64,000 nucleotides of DNA from an uncultured candidatus Porisulfidus sp. (GCA_965116025.1 OZ220480.1:864001-928000), one strand, 5' to 3'; shown: positions 42,047 to 53,626, numbered from the stretch's first letter. The notes: generated by a model from the letters alone, not told the origin. A program made the numbers and translations.

Positions 42047-45000
42047 ATGACTAAGAAGAATCAAAACCTGCTCGTTTCCGAGATTCGCGCCGCGCTCCAC
42101 GGCGCTTCGTCGTCTTCCCGCATAGGGGGGGGGGGGGGGGGGGGGGCATAGCCTCCGTTTCCTGACCGCTCTGGCCGGGCTGACGGCCGCTCTCTCGGTC
42201 GCGCTGACGCCGCATTCCGCTGAGGCGGACGAGTGCGGCGCGGTCAGCGCCGCCAAGACGGTCACCTGCGGCGCCGCGACCTACGGCGGGACTAATAACG
42301 CCGATGCCGATCCCGTCGACTACACGGGTCAGACGGGTGGCTTGACGCTGACCGTGAAGCCTTCCGGGGAGATGACGACCATCAAGTCGTTCTTGGGCAC
42401 TTCCTCAACTGATCGTCGCTCCGGGATCTATGTGACCGGCGCTAGCGCCTTGGTGGTGAAGCTGGAGGGCAAGGTGAGAATCGTGAACGAGGCCGGCGGC
42501 TGGACTTCACCCATCACGGGCACGTACACCACTCCTGGTGGCCAGCGGGTCAGCGCGACCTTCGTCGATCCTCAGTTCAAGGCGGGTCGCTGGAATCAAG
42601 GGGTTCACGTCTTGAACTCGCAAGGCCGCGACCGCACCGGCAACAGAGAGGACAAGATCGAGATCGTGGTCGGGGCCGAGACGAAAATCGGAACCGAGGA
42701 CGTTCCCGTGGGCCGGACCGGCGTGGTGGCGCATTACAGCAGCGCTTACGCCGTGGGCGACATCTCGGTCGTGAACCGAGGCGAGATCTACGGGTATTAT
42801 CGAGGAATCCATGTGGTTCACCAAGGGTTGTCCGGAGACGTCTCCGTCGAGACGGCGAAGGGCAGCGTGACCAGCAAGGGGATTCTGGTCTATCACTCCA
42901 ACCACTACGCCCTAGACAAAGGGGGCGACGTCACCATCACGAACCATGGGACGATCAAAAGCCTGAGGCAACGGCCTCTCTACGCGAACATGCTCACGGA
43001 CGGGGCGAACGGCAAGGTGGGCACGCTTTTGGATAGCGCCACCGCCTTCTCCGTGCACGGCATATACGTCGACCACAAGGACACGACCGCGCCGGGTTCC
43101 GGCGAGGATTCCAGCAGCGTGATCAAGATCACCTCGAGTGGTGACATCGCCGCTCGCCAGCATGGCATTACCATCGACACGTACGGAGACGCGGATTCGA
43201 TCGTTCCGGTGATGATCGACGTGACGGGGGGCGTCATCCAGGCCGGCGATGGGGATAACGGATACCAGGGACACGGGATCGAGGTTAGACACCGAAGACA
43301 CCTCGGTGGTTTGATCAAGGTGGATCTCGCGGGCGAGATCGCTCAGGCGGACGAGAGGCACGGGATTCACGTCTACCGGTACTCCGCCACCGACGCTCGC
43401 GACGGAGTCAATCGGGATGTCGAGGTGACATTGAAGTCCGGGGCGCGGATCGGCATGGACGGAGACGAGCCGACCGTGAGTTGGGATGGCGTGAACGTTG
43501 AGCAGCAAGCGGATGGAGGAACGGTCAGGGTGACCGTCTCCGAGGGAGCGATGATCGGGACTCGAGAGACTCCAGTTGGCGAGAACGGCGTGTTCGCTGA
43601 GAACGACAATCACGGTTCCGAGACCTACATCACGCTCGTCAACGAGGGCTTCATCCACGCGCGAAGCTCCGGGCTTGCCGCCTGGCATGTTGGGCAGGGC
43701 GACGTGGTGGTGGAGCATCTGAAGGGCGAGATCGTCGCGGGCGACGCGCCCAAGACGTTCAGCGCGAATTTCAGCGCGAGAACGGAGCTGGCGGCCCTGA
43801 AGCCTCGGACGGCTGGCCTCTTCGCTTTCCATGGAGGCGCCGAGCCCCAGGCGCTTCCCGGCAAGACGCTCAATGGCGGCGACCCCTCCACCTACACCAC
43901 CCGGATCGGGAAGATCAAGATCACGTCGAAAGCGGACATCACGTCGAAGGGCGACGGGATTCTCGCCTATGTGAGAGACTTGGACGATACGGCGTCGAGG
44001 ATTGCCAAGATGGTCATCCCGGTCATGATCGACGTGTCGGGCGGGACGACCACGGCGGACGGGCACGGGGTTTACGCGGAGACGGCCACCACCTATACGG
44101 ATACGGAAGCCCCCATGGCCGGGGAGACCATCGTCACGGTGGGGGAGATGGCGACGATCCGAGCCAAGAAGGACGGCGTTCACGTCAAGGGCATGCGGAC
44201 CTTCGCGTCCGACCACGCCCGGAAGGGGCAATACGACCAGACGGTCACCATCAATGGCAAGGTCATGGGCGGCGGTGGAGACCACGCCGGCGTTCGGATG
44301 GTGAACGGCGGGACGCTGGTGATCGGGCCGAAGGCGGAGATCGGCGCGACGTCGGGGATCGCGGTGAGCGCGGACAAGGCGCTGCATGTCACCCTGAAGG
44401 AGAACGCGCATGGGCAGATCGCGTTCATCACGGGGAAGTTCCTGAACAGTGGAGAGGACGCGCCGAACGTCTTCCAGCGCGAATCGATGGCGGGCATGAC
44501 GAAGGCGATAGCCGTGGGGGACGCGGTGAAGGCGACGTCCGGTAAGACGGGGACGCATGGGGTGTATGACGCGGTGTTCGAGCGGATGGTCACGCTGAAG
44601 TCGATCACGGGCGGGCACCAGTTCGAGGCGGGCGTGGAGAGGGAGATCAGCCGGACGTACCATGATCGGGCCCGGGTGTACGAGGCGCTGCCGTCGGTGC
44701 TGCTGGAGATGAGCGGCTCGGACGGTCGTCAGGCGCGCTTGTCGGCGACGCGTGGCGGCGGGGGCGCTTGGGCGCGGGCGCTGGCGAGCGACGGCGAGCG
44801 GGAGGCGGATATGTCCACGACGGCGATGGACACGGCCGGGCATGATTTGTCTTGGGACTTCGAGCGCTGGGGCGTGGAGACGGGCTTCGTCGTTCCCACG
44901 GACGCGCCGGGGCTTATGCTGGGGGTGAGCGCGCATTACCGTGATGGCGAGGCGGACGTCGAGCGCGGCGGGAAGATCGAGGTCTCGGGCGTGGGCGTCG

Positions 45001-45563
45001 GGGCCTCGGCGACTTGGCGGGGGGAGGATGGCTGGTACGCGGACGGGGAGTTCTCGTACACGCGGTTCGAGGACGTCGACTTGAGTTCGGAGACTCGGGG
45101 GATGGTGGCGTCCGGTCTGGACGGAGAGGGTCACGCGATCGGCGTGGAGGTCGGCAGGCGGATGGAGATGGACGGCTTCGCGCTGATCCCGCGCGGAGGA
45201 TTGACGTGGACTTGGGTGGACGTCGACGGCTTCGCCGACGTGTCGGGGATTACTGGAAGCGGTCGGGTGTCGTTTCGCTCGGAAGACAGCGTGCGGGCGC
45301 GGGTCGGAGCGCTGCTGGAGAATGGCCAGACGTACGCCTCGTTGGACGTGGAACGCGATCTCTCGGAGAGCCGGGAGGCGATGGCGTCGGGAGCACGGTT
45401 GCGCTCGGAGGCGGAGTCGACTTGGGCGCGATTGGGCGTCGGGGGCGTGATGACGCTGGACGCGCAGGGGGAGTCGACGCTCTCGGCGGACGCGCACTAC
45501 GCGGCGTCGGATGGCGACAATCACGATTACGGCGCGAGCGTCCTGCTGAAGGTTCGCTTCTGA
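42047..45563 (+). CDS. Autotransporter AT2, out of frame at G22 tract (putative phase-variable, OFF as assembled)
   Basis: ATG 42047; post-tract frame HSLRFLTALAGLTAALSVALTPHSAEA; passenger plus beta-barrel ending VRF. Confidence 0.88.
42125..42146 (+). repeat. Poly-G tract (22 G)
   Basis: Counted directly; context CATA-G22-CATAGCC. Confidence 0.95.
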
Positions 45564-46117
45564 TTAGTCCATGACGCGGCCTTGGCGTTTCCGGTCGGGG
45601 CCGCGTCGACTGCGGGCGGTCCTCTGGTCGAGTCTCCCGCGAGCCTTTCCAAAAAACTGGTTGGCTCTCGCTAGGGAAACCGATGCTCGCCTCGCGCTGG
45701 CCGGCGACGAGATCTTTCGGAAGGTCACCGAGATGAAGTGGCAAGCGGCGCCATCGGGACTTCTCTATGACGCGCTATGCCCGGTTACGCCGTGACGGTC
45801 TCGTATTATTCTGATCTTCCGACGCGTCTCCTGATGCCGAGCGCTGCCTGAGCGGATCTCGTGGAAAAACGCCGAGGCTAGTCCTCGCCAGAATCGTTGA
45901 AAATCGCCCCAGCGCGGCGGCGTTTCGCTCGCGCCAGGGCTCTCTTCCAGAATGGCCGCGGAAGTCTCCGGCGATATGGAGTTGGCGAATCGTCCGTCGC
46001 GGGAGCGCGTCGTCGGACGTGAGCCTGCGCGCCACCTTCGCCCAAGTAAAATGGGCTGGATCCACCCATTCCCGGCATCGTCGCGTCGCCTCGGTCCGTA
46101 TGGGAACGGATTTCGCC

Positions 46118-47662
46118 ATGCCTGACCTCTACCCCGAATCCCTGTTTCTCCACGCGGAGCGTCTGCGGAGCGTCTCGATGCGGGACCTGTTCGGACGGGG
46201 TCGGGACCGCTCTTTTCTGCGCCGCGAGATTGAGGGCATCCACGTGGACGCCTCGCGCCAGAGCCTCGACTTGGAGGCTTGGTCGGATTTGCTGAAGATG
46301 GCGGGGAGGCTGGAGCCCGCTCGGTCCAGGCTGTTCTCTGGCGCGACGGTGAACGTGACCGAGAATCGCCCGGCGCTGCATCCGGCCTTGCGGGACCCGC
46401 GTCCAAAGGGACTGGTCGTGGGCGGCGTGGACATCCTCGCCGAGGCGCGGCAGGAGCGTCGGCGGCAGCGCGCGTTCGCGCGCGAGTGCGCGGGGCGCTG
46501 GGAGACGGTCGTCAACCTAGGCATCGGCGGCTCGGACCTTGGTCCGCGCATGCTGTGCGAGGCGTTTCCCCAGGCGCGGGGAGCGCCGGACATGCGTTTC
46601 GTGTCGACGATGGACCCGGAGGAGATGGCCGCCGCGCTGCGTGGCCTCGACGCGCGGCGGACGTTTTTCATCGTCGCCTCAAAGAGTTTCGCGACGGAGG
46701 AGACTTCCCGCAATTTCGAGGCGGCCCGGAGGTGGTTGGAAGGCCAAGGGGTGGAGTCCGGGGCGGTGATGGAGCGCTTCGCGGCGACCACAGCCACAGT
46801 TGATCGGGCGCGGGAGAGCGGGATCGACGAGCGGAGAATCTTTCCGTTTTGGGACGGGGTCGGTGGGCGCTACTCGGTCTGGTCGAGCGTCGGCCTGCCG
46901 GTGGCGCTGCATGCCGGATGGGAAGCGTTCGAGGAGCTGCTCGCGGGCGCTCGAGCGGTGGACGAGCATTTTCGGGAGGCGGACGCGGAATCCAACGTCC
47001 CCGTGATGCTGGCTCTGCTCATGCTGTGGAACCATACGTTCCTGGGCGCGCCAACCCGCGCGGTGCTTCCGTACAACTACCGCTTGCGGAGCTTGCCGAG
47101 GTTTCTGCAGCAGCTGCAGATGGAGAGTCTCGGCAAGCGCGCCGACGAGCGGGGCGAACTGCGGGATGTCGCGGCGCCGGTCGTGTGGGGCGGCTCCGCC
47201 AACGATGGCGCGCACGCGTTCTTCCAGTCGCTACACCAAGGGTCGCAGACGGTGCCGGTGGACGTGATCATCGCGCGCCCGAACCTAGAGGACGACCGAG
47301 AGCGGGCGCTGCTGGCGCAGTGCCTGTCACAACTGGATTTGCTGGCGTCGGGGCGGTCCGCCGAGGAGGCGGAGCCAGCCGCCGGAGTGGCGGCGGGTCA
47401 CTACGCGCATCCCGGTGACCGGCCGAGCGCGCTGTTCTTGATGGACGACCTGAGTCCGCGGCGGGTGGGGGCGCTGCTGGCCTTGTTCGAGCACGCCACC
47501 TTCGCTATCGCCACGCTCTGGGGGATCAACGCCTTCGACCAGTTCGGGGTCGAGCATGGCAAGCGCCTATCGCGCTCCTTGGAGGAAGCGTTGCGGGACC
47601 CGGAATCTCCGGCGCCCGGACGCACTCTGGATGTCCTTTTGGACCGGTTGCGAGGTCGTTGA
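46118..47662 (+). CDS. pgi: Glucose-6-phosphate isomerase
   Basis: NVTENRPALH, LGIGGSDLGP, VGGRYSVWS, QQLQMESLGK, NAFDQFGVEHGK; exact start uncertain. Confidence 0.95.
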   Translation: MPDLYPESLFLHAERLRSVSMRDLFGRGRDRSFLRREIEGIHVDASRQSLDLEAWSDLLKMAGRLEPARSRLFSGATVNVTENRPALHPALRDPRPKGLVVGGVDILAEARQERRRQRAFARECAGRWETVVNLGIGGSDLGPRMLCEAFPQARGAPDMRFVSTMDPEEMAAALRGLDARRTFFIVASKSFATEETSRNFEAARRWLEGQGVESGAVMERFAATTATVDRARESGIDERRIFPFWDGVGGRYSVWSSVGLPVALHAGWEAFEELLAGARAVDEHFREADAESNVPVMLALLMLWNHTFLGAPTRAVLPYNYRLRSLPRFLQQLQMESLGKRADERGELRDVAAPVVWGGSANDGAHAFFQSLHQGSQTVPVDVIIARPNLEDDRERALLAQCLSQLDLLASGRSAEEAEPAAGVAAGHYAHPGDRPSALFLMDDLSPRRVGALLALFEHATFAIATLWGINAFDQFGVEHGKRLSRSLEEALRDPESPAPGRTLDVLLDRLRGR

Positions 47663-48438
47663 TGCGCTACTTGCTGTTCAGCGATGTCGATGGCACGATG
47701 TTGGACGGAGACACGTATCGATGGGATGAGGCGTTGCCCGGGATCAAGAGAGCGCGCGCGCGCGGAACGCCGATCATTCTCAACACGAGCAAGACCGAGC
47801 AGGAAACCCGGGCGCTGGCGGAGAGTCTCGGGATCGACGCGCCGTTCGCGATCGAGAATGGCGGCGCGGTGTACGTGCCGCCGGGGACGTTCGACGACGG
47901 CGAGGAGGAGGGACTGATTCCCTTCGGCGCACCCTTCCGGGAGATTCGGGACGCGCTGGACGAGCTGTCGGATTCGTTTCGGTTTCAGGGGATTTCGGAA
48001 ATGAGCGGGAAGGAGGTCGAGGAGGCCTGCGGCTTGCCGCCGGGCGCGGTGGCGGCGGCGCGCGAGCGCCGCTTCAGCGAGCCGCTGATCTGGCGGGACG
48101 AGCTGGAGCGCCTGGACGAGTTCGCGGCGCGCTTGCGCCCGCGCGGGCTGATCCTCAAGCGCGGGGACCGCTTCATGCATGTCATGGGGGAGACGGACAA
48201 GCGCGTCGCGCTGGAGCGTCTGATGCCACGCTATCGCCGACTGCATCCAGGGGTCGCGAGCGTGGCGCTCGGCAATGGGCCGAATGATTTAGGCATGATG
48301 GCGGCGGCGGATATCGCGGTCGTGATCCGCAACCCGAACGGGCGCGACATACAATATCCTGGCGCGCTCGTCCCGGAAGGGACCGGTCCGGCGGCTTGGT
48401 CGCGCGCGGTTCGAACGTTGCTGGAGGGGCGACCATGA
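47662..48438 (+). CDS. Mannosyl/glucosyl-3-phosphoglycerate phosphatase (HAD IIB)
   Basis: FSDVDGTMLD, NTSKT, FAIENG, RRFSEP, ALGNGPNDLGM. Confidence 0.85.
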   Translation: MRYLLFSDVDGTMLDGDTYRWDEALPGIKRARARGTPIILNTSKTEQETRALAESLGIDAPFAIENGGAVYVPPGTFDDGEEEGLIPFGAPFREIRDALDELSDSFRFQGISEMSGKEVEEACGLPPGAVAAARERRFSEPLIWRDELERLDEFAARLRPRGLILKRGDRFMHVMGETDKRVALERLMPRYRRLHPGVASVALGNGPNDLGMMAAADIAVVIRNPNGRDIQYPGALVPEGTGPAAWSRAVRTLLEGRP

Positions 48439-49649
48439 GCGATTTCTTCCAGAATGGGCAGATCGTCACGCTGCATGATCTAGCGGGGCGCCCGACCGAG
48501 GAGTTCGAGGCGGAGTTGCTGGAGTTCTCCCGCGACCGGCCGCTGGGGCTGGTGTTGCCCTCCCTGTATTCGGAGCTGGAGGGGCCCGCGCTGGGCCGGA
48601 TCGTCGAGGAGCTGGCCCGGGTCGAATACCTGAACGAGATCGTGATCGGTCTGGATGCCGCGGACGCGGAGCAGTTCAAGAAGGCGAGAGACTTCTTCTC
48701 CCGCTTGCCGCAGCCGCATCACGTGCTCTGGAACGACGGTCCTCGATTGCGGGCGCTGGCGGACGAGCTGGAGGCTCGGAGCCTGGCGCCGACCCGGCAT
48801 GGCAAGGGTCGCAACGTCTGGTTCTGCTTCGGGTACGCGCTGGCCTGCGCCCGGGCGCAGGCCTTGGCGCTGCATGACTGCGACATTACCACGTACGACC
48901 GTCGCCTGCTGGCGCGGCTGATCTATCCGGTCGCGAACCCGAGTTTCAGCTTCGCGTTCTGCAAGGGGTACTACTCGCGCATCTCCGGGCGGGAGCTGAA
49001 GGGCCGGGTGGCGCGCTTGCTGGTGGCGCCGCTGCTGCGCGCCTTGCGCAAGGTGTTCGGGCCGCGCGACTTCGTCGAGTACATCGATAGCTTCCGATAT
49101 CCTCTGGCCGGAGAGTGCTCGCTGCGCACCTACGTTCTGAAGGACTTGTATCTGCCGGACGATTGGGGACTGGAGATCGGTTTGCTCGCTGAGGTCCGGC
49201 GCATGCATTCCAGCCGGCGCGTTTGCCAGATCGACATCGCGGACTTGTATGATCACAAGCACCAGCAGATGGGGACGGCCGCCGCGCGGAAAGGGCTGTC
49301 GAAGATGAGCGCGGACATCTGCAACGCCATCTTCCGAAAGATGGCGATCGAGGGCGAGGTGTTTTCCGAAGGAGTGTTCCGCAGCCTCAAGGCGGCGTAT
49401 CTGCGGGAGGCGCTGGATCTGATCGAGCGCTACCAGAGCGACGCGGTGACCAATGGGCTGAATTTGGACCGGCACGCGGAGGAGCAGGCGGCGGAATTGT
49501 TCGCCAGCAACCTGCTGGTCGCGGGACAGGATTTCCTGTCGCGGCCGATGGAGAGCCCGTACGTGCCGAGCTGGCGGCGGGTTCGCTCGGCGATCCCGGA
49601 CTTCTTGCGGCGCCTGAAGGTGGCCGTGGAGGAAGATAATCAGGAGTGA
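48435..49649 (+). CDS. gpgS: Glucosyl-3-phosphoglycerate synthase-like glycosyltransferase
   Basis: MSDFFQNG, LPSLYSEL, GKGRNVW, LHDCDI, YPLAGE, DWGLEIG, YDHKHQ. Confidence 0.8.
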   Translation: MSDFFQNGQIVTLHDLAGRPTEEFEAELLEFSRDRPLGLVLPSLYSELEGPALGRIVEELARVEYLNEIVIGLDAADAEQFKKARDFFSRLPQPHHVLWNDGPRLRALADELEARSLAPTRHGKGRNVWFCFGYALACARAQALALHDCDITTYDRRLLARLIYPVANPSFSFAFCKGYYSRISGRELKGRVARLLVAPLLRALRKVFGPRDFVEYIDSFRYPLAGECSLRTYVLKDLYLPDDWGLEIGLLAEVRRMHSSRRVCQIDIADLYDHKHQQMGTAAARKGLSKMSADICNAIFRKMAIEGEVFSEGVFRSLKAAYLREALDLIERYQSDAVTNGLNLDRHAEEQAAELFASNLLVAGQDFLSRPMESPYVPSWRRVRSAIPDFLRRLKVAVEEDNQE

Positions 49650-49874
49650 TCTGACCAGTGGCGGGAACGCCGCCCGTTACCGCCTGGCGCGAGAAGGAGT
49701 TTCTCCGCGCCTTGATGCCGTAACTCAGGTCGCCGTCGTCCCATATCGTTCTTGATTTCGACGACTTATCCGGGTATGTCGAGACTTCTCCGCAAGATTT
49801 GGGAACGCGCCGGTGTGAGCTTATAATGCACGCTCATCTGAACGTTGGACCTATCCCATATTAGGAGAACAACA

Positions 49875-52800
49875 ATGACCAAGAGCCCGTCCGTTTCCAA
49901 GATTCGCGCCGCGCTTCGCGGGGCTTCGTCGTCCTCCCACATAGGGGGGGGGGGGGGGGGGGGGGGGGGGATAGCCTCCGTTTCCTGACCGCTCTGGCCG
50001 GATTGACGGCCATTCTCGCGGTTCCAAACTCAGCCCTCGCGGTAGACGAGTGCGGCGCTACCAGCCCGGTCACCTGTAGCGACGCGAGTTACACGTCCAC
50101 CAGCGACTCCCCGATCAAGTATGAGAATGAGACCGGGGGTCTGACCTTGACCGTGAAGCCTTCCGGGGCGGGCACGGTCACCATCACTGCCACGAAGCTT
50201 CCCGCGACCACGAGCGAGGCGTTCCCGGGGATCCACCTGGACGGGGAAGGGACTCTGAAAGTCCTCTTGGATGGCGCCGTGAAAGTCTTGAACGGGGCGA
50301 CCCGGACGACGGTGGAGGCCACGTTTGGAGACGGGAAGGAGACGTTCATCCACCCGGATCACAAGCTGGGCTCGCGGAACGACGGGGTGTACGTGGCGTA
50401 CGACAAGGATGACGACGCGGGGACGACGGAGGGCATGGTGGAGGTGATGGTGGGGAAGGACGCCGTGATCGGGAGCGAGACGGCGCCGGCGGGTCGGCAC
50501 GGGGTTCACGCCGCCTTTCTGGACGCGGACGACGACACCAACTATCCGGCCGGGAAGATTAAGGTGACGAGCGCGGGAGAGATTCACGGTTATTACACGG
50601 GGATTTACGCGAAGCACGACGGGGCCGGGGACATCGAGATTGAGACGGCGGAGGGGAGCGTGACGTCGATGGGGATTCGGGCGATCTCGTTCAAGAACCT
50701 GGATAATCGGGTCGGGAGCGTCACCATTCGTCATCATGGCCGGATCGTGGTCAAGAGTCCGGTTCGGTACGCGGGCGCGCTGACGACGGCGAACGTGGCC
50801 ACGCCGTTGGACACGGACCTGGCGACGACCAGGAGCGACGTGAACAAAGGCGGGATCTTCGTCACGCATCGGGATAGGCGGAAAGGCGCGTCCGCGCCCG
50901 CGGAGCCCAGCAGCTCGATCCTGATCGAGTCGAGCGGCGACATCGACGTGGTCGCCAATCCGACCCACAGTGAAGACGTGAAAGGGATCTTCGTGGAGAC
51001 CTATGGGGTTGGCGGTTATTCCGTGGTTCCGGTGACGATCAACGTGACGGGAGGGACGATCACGGCGAGCGACCAAGGGAAAACCAAGAGTGGGATTGGG
51101 ATTTACATCCATTCGTTGCATCACTACGGCGGTCTCGTCAAGGTGGACCTCGCGGGCGAGATCGCCCGGACCGGAAGCAAGGGGCATGGGATACTCATTT
51201 ACCGGGGCACGTCGTTCGACAACGACAAAATCGATCCCGACGTCAATCGGAACGTCGAGGTGACGCTGAGGTCCGGGGCGCGGATCGGCATGGATGGGGA
51301 CGAGCCGACCGTGGGTCGGCATGGCGTGTACGTTCAAAACCAGATCTACGGGGGAAAGACCCTGGTGGAGGTCGAGTCTGGAGCGCGGATCGGGACCATG
51401 GGGACGCCGGTTGGCGGGAATGGCGTGACCGCCGAGGCCATAGCCAACGACAACGATATCAACGTCATGATCACCAACGAGGGTCTCATCCACGCGAAAG
51501 GCTCGGGGGTGGTCGCGTTTCATATGGGTTGGGGCGACGTGGACGTGAAGCATCTGGCGGGGAAGATCATCGCGGGCGACCTGCCCACCAACTTCGGCAC
51601 GGTCAGTCTGGATCACAAGACGAAACTGGCGGAGTTGGACTCCCGGAGCGCAGGCATCTTCGCCGTTCATGGGGGCTCGAAGCTCCAGACGCTTCCCGGC
51701 GAGACGTTCGAAGGCAACGACCCCTCCACCTACACCGCCGATATCGGAAAGATCGAGATCACGTCGAAAGCGGATATCGCGTCTAAGGGCGACGGCGTTC
51801 TCGCCTATGTCAAAGACATTGATGTTCCAGCCGATATCGTGTTCATCCCGATCATGATCGACGTTGCGGGCGGGACGATCACGGCGGACGGGCACGGGGT
51901 CTACGCGGAGACCGCCAGCCCCTACGAGGACGAGGACGCGCCGAAAGCCGGGAGGATCGAGGTCACGGTGGGGGAGATGGCGACGATCCGAGCCAAGAAG
52001 GATGGCGTTCACGTCAAGGGGATGCGGACCTTCGCGTCCGACCACGCCCGGAAGGGGCAATATGACCAGACGGTGACCATCAACGGCAAGGTGATGGGCG
52101 GCGGTGGAGACCACGCCGGCGTTCGGATGGTGAAGGGCGGGACGCTGGTGATCGGGAGCGGCGGGCCGGAGGCGCGGCTCGGGGCGGCCTCGGGCGTGGC
52201 GGTCCACGCGGACGGGGCTCTGACCATCACGATGAGCAAGACCGCCGACGGGCGCATCGGCTGGGTCGTGGGGAAGATCCAGAATGGCGACAGCGCCGAC
52301 ACGACCTTCGCGGGCGTGGAAGTGGGGAAGACGTACCTGCTTCAGGATCGGGAGGAGACGAAGGGGATTTTCGACACGACGATCGAGCGGAAGGTGACCT
52401 TGAGGGAATACGCGGACGAGGACTATCACGAGTTCGAGCTGGTCTCTCAGGAGGAGATCGTTCGGGAGTACCACGATCGGGCTCGGGTGTACGAGGCGCT
52501 GCCGTCGGTGCTGCTGGAGATGAGCGCGCCGGGCGGTCGTCAGGCGCGGTTGTCGGCGACGCGAGACGGAGGTGGCGCGTGGGCGCGAGTGCTAGCGAGC
52601 GATGGCGAGCGTGAGGCGGAGACGTCGACGACGGCGATGGACACGGCCGGGCATGATCTGTCTTGGGACTTCGAGCGCTGGGGCGTGGAGACGGGCATCG
52701 CCGTTCCCACGGACCTGCCGGGTCTGACGCTGGGGGTGAGCGCGCATTACCGTGATGGCGAGGCGGACGTCAAGCGTGGCGGGAAGATTGATGTCTCGGG

Positions 52801-53374
52801 GGTGGGCGTCGGGGCATCGGCGACCTGGCGGGGGGAGGACGGCTGGTACGCGGACGGGGAGCTCTCGTACACGCGTTTCGAGGATGTCGATTTGAGTTCG
52901 GAGGCGCGCGGGATGGTGGCGTCCGGTCTGGACGGCGAGGGTCACGCGATCGGCGTGGAGGTCGGCAGGCGCATGGAGATGGACGGCTTCGCGCTGGTTC
53001 CGCGCGGGGGACTGACGTGGACCTGGGTGGACATCGACGGCTTCGCCGACGTGTCGGGCGTTACAGGTAGCGGTCGGGTGTCGTTCCGCTCGGAGGACAG
53101 CGCGCGGGCGCGGGTTGGAATGTTGCTGGAGAATGGCCAGACGTACGCGTCATTGGACGTGGAGCGTGAGTTCTCGGAGAGCCGGGAGGTGATGGCGTCG
53201 GGAGCGCGCCTGCGCTCGGAGGCGGAGTCGACATGGGCGCGATTGGGCGTCGGGGGCGTGATGACGCTGGACGCGCGCGGGGAGTCCACGCTCTCGGGAG
53301 AGGCGCACTACGCGGCGTCGGACGGCGACAATCATGACTATGGCGCGAGCGTCCTGCTGAAGGTTCGCTTCTGA
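49875..53374 (+). CDS. Autotransporter AT3, out of frame at G27 tract (putative phase-variable, OFF as assembled)
   Basis: ATG 49875 with AGGAG SD; post-tract frame SLRFLTALAGLTAILAVPNSALA; passenger plus beta-barrel ending VRF. Confidence 0.88.
49944..49970 (+). repeat. Poly-G tract (27 G)
   Basis: Counted directly; context CATA-G27-ATAGCC. Confidence 0.95.
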
Positions 53375-53474
53375 TCAGACTTGTGATCGTGGCCCCGGCG
53401 CTCAAGCCGGGGCTAGGTCTTGCTATCGGGATGGTCGCGCGGGCCCTCCCTCAAGTGATTCTCCGCGCTCAGCC

Positions 53475-53624
53475 AGCGGAGCCCTGCGCGAGGGCGTGTT
53501 TTGGTCTCGAAAACGCTCCCAAATCGCTCGCTTCCAGCCCGAAATCACGCCGAGCCCTCGCTTTTGAGCGAGCGAATTTTTGACGGGCGAAAATCGTCAG
53601 AATCGATCATCTCGGAGACCAAGG
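53475..53624 (+). mobile_element. Orphan diverged right end of the IS1380-like element
   Basis: Similar to 18061-18213, e.g. GCGGAGCCCTGCGCG, AAAACGCTCC, AAAATCGTCAGAATCGAT...CTCGGAGA..AGG. Confidence 0.8.
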
Positions 53625-53626
53625 AA

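Noticed and set aside
42912-45524. Very long antisense ORFs (also 7158-9227, 50030-52474, 16363-18180)
   Set aside because: Shadow ORFs expected opposite real genes in high-GC DNA; no recognisable motifs.
45610-46100. Possible decayed gene or IS end between AT2 and pgi
   Set aside because: A short protein-like stretch (NWLALARETDARL...) is present, but I could not support any family, inverted repeat or TSD.
33169-53374. Diversity-generating retroelement acting on the autotransporters
   Set aside because: No reverse transcriptase in the window, and the differences between copies are block-wise and not confined to adenines.
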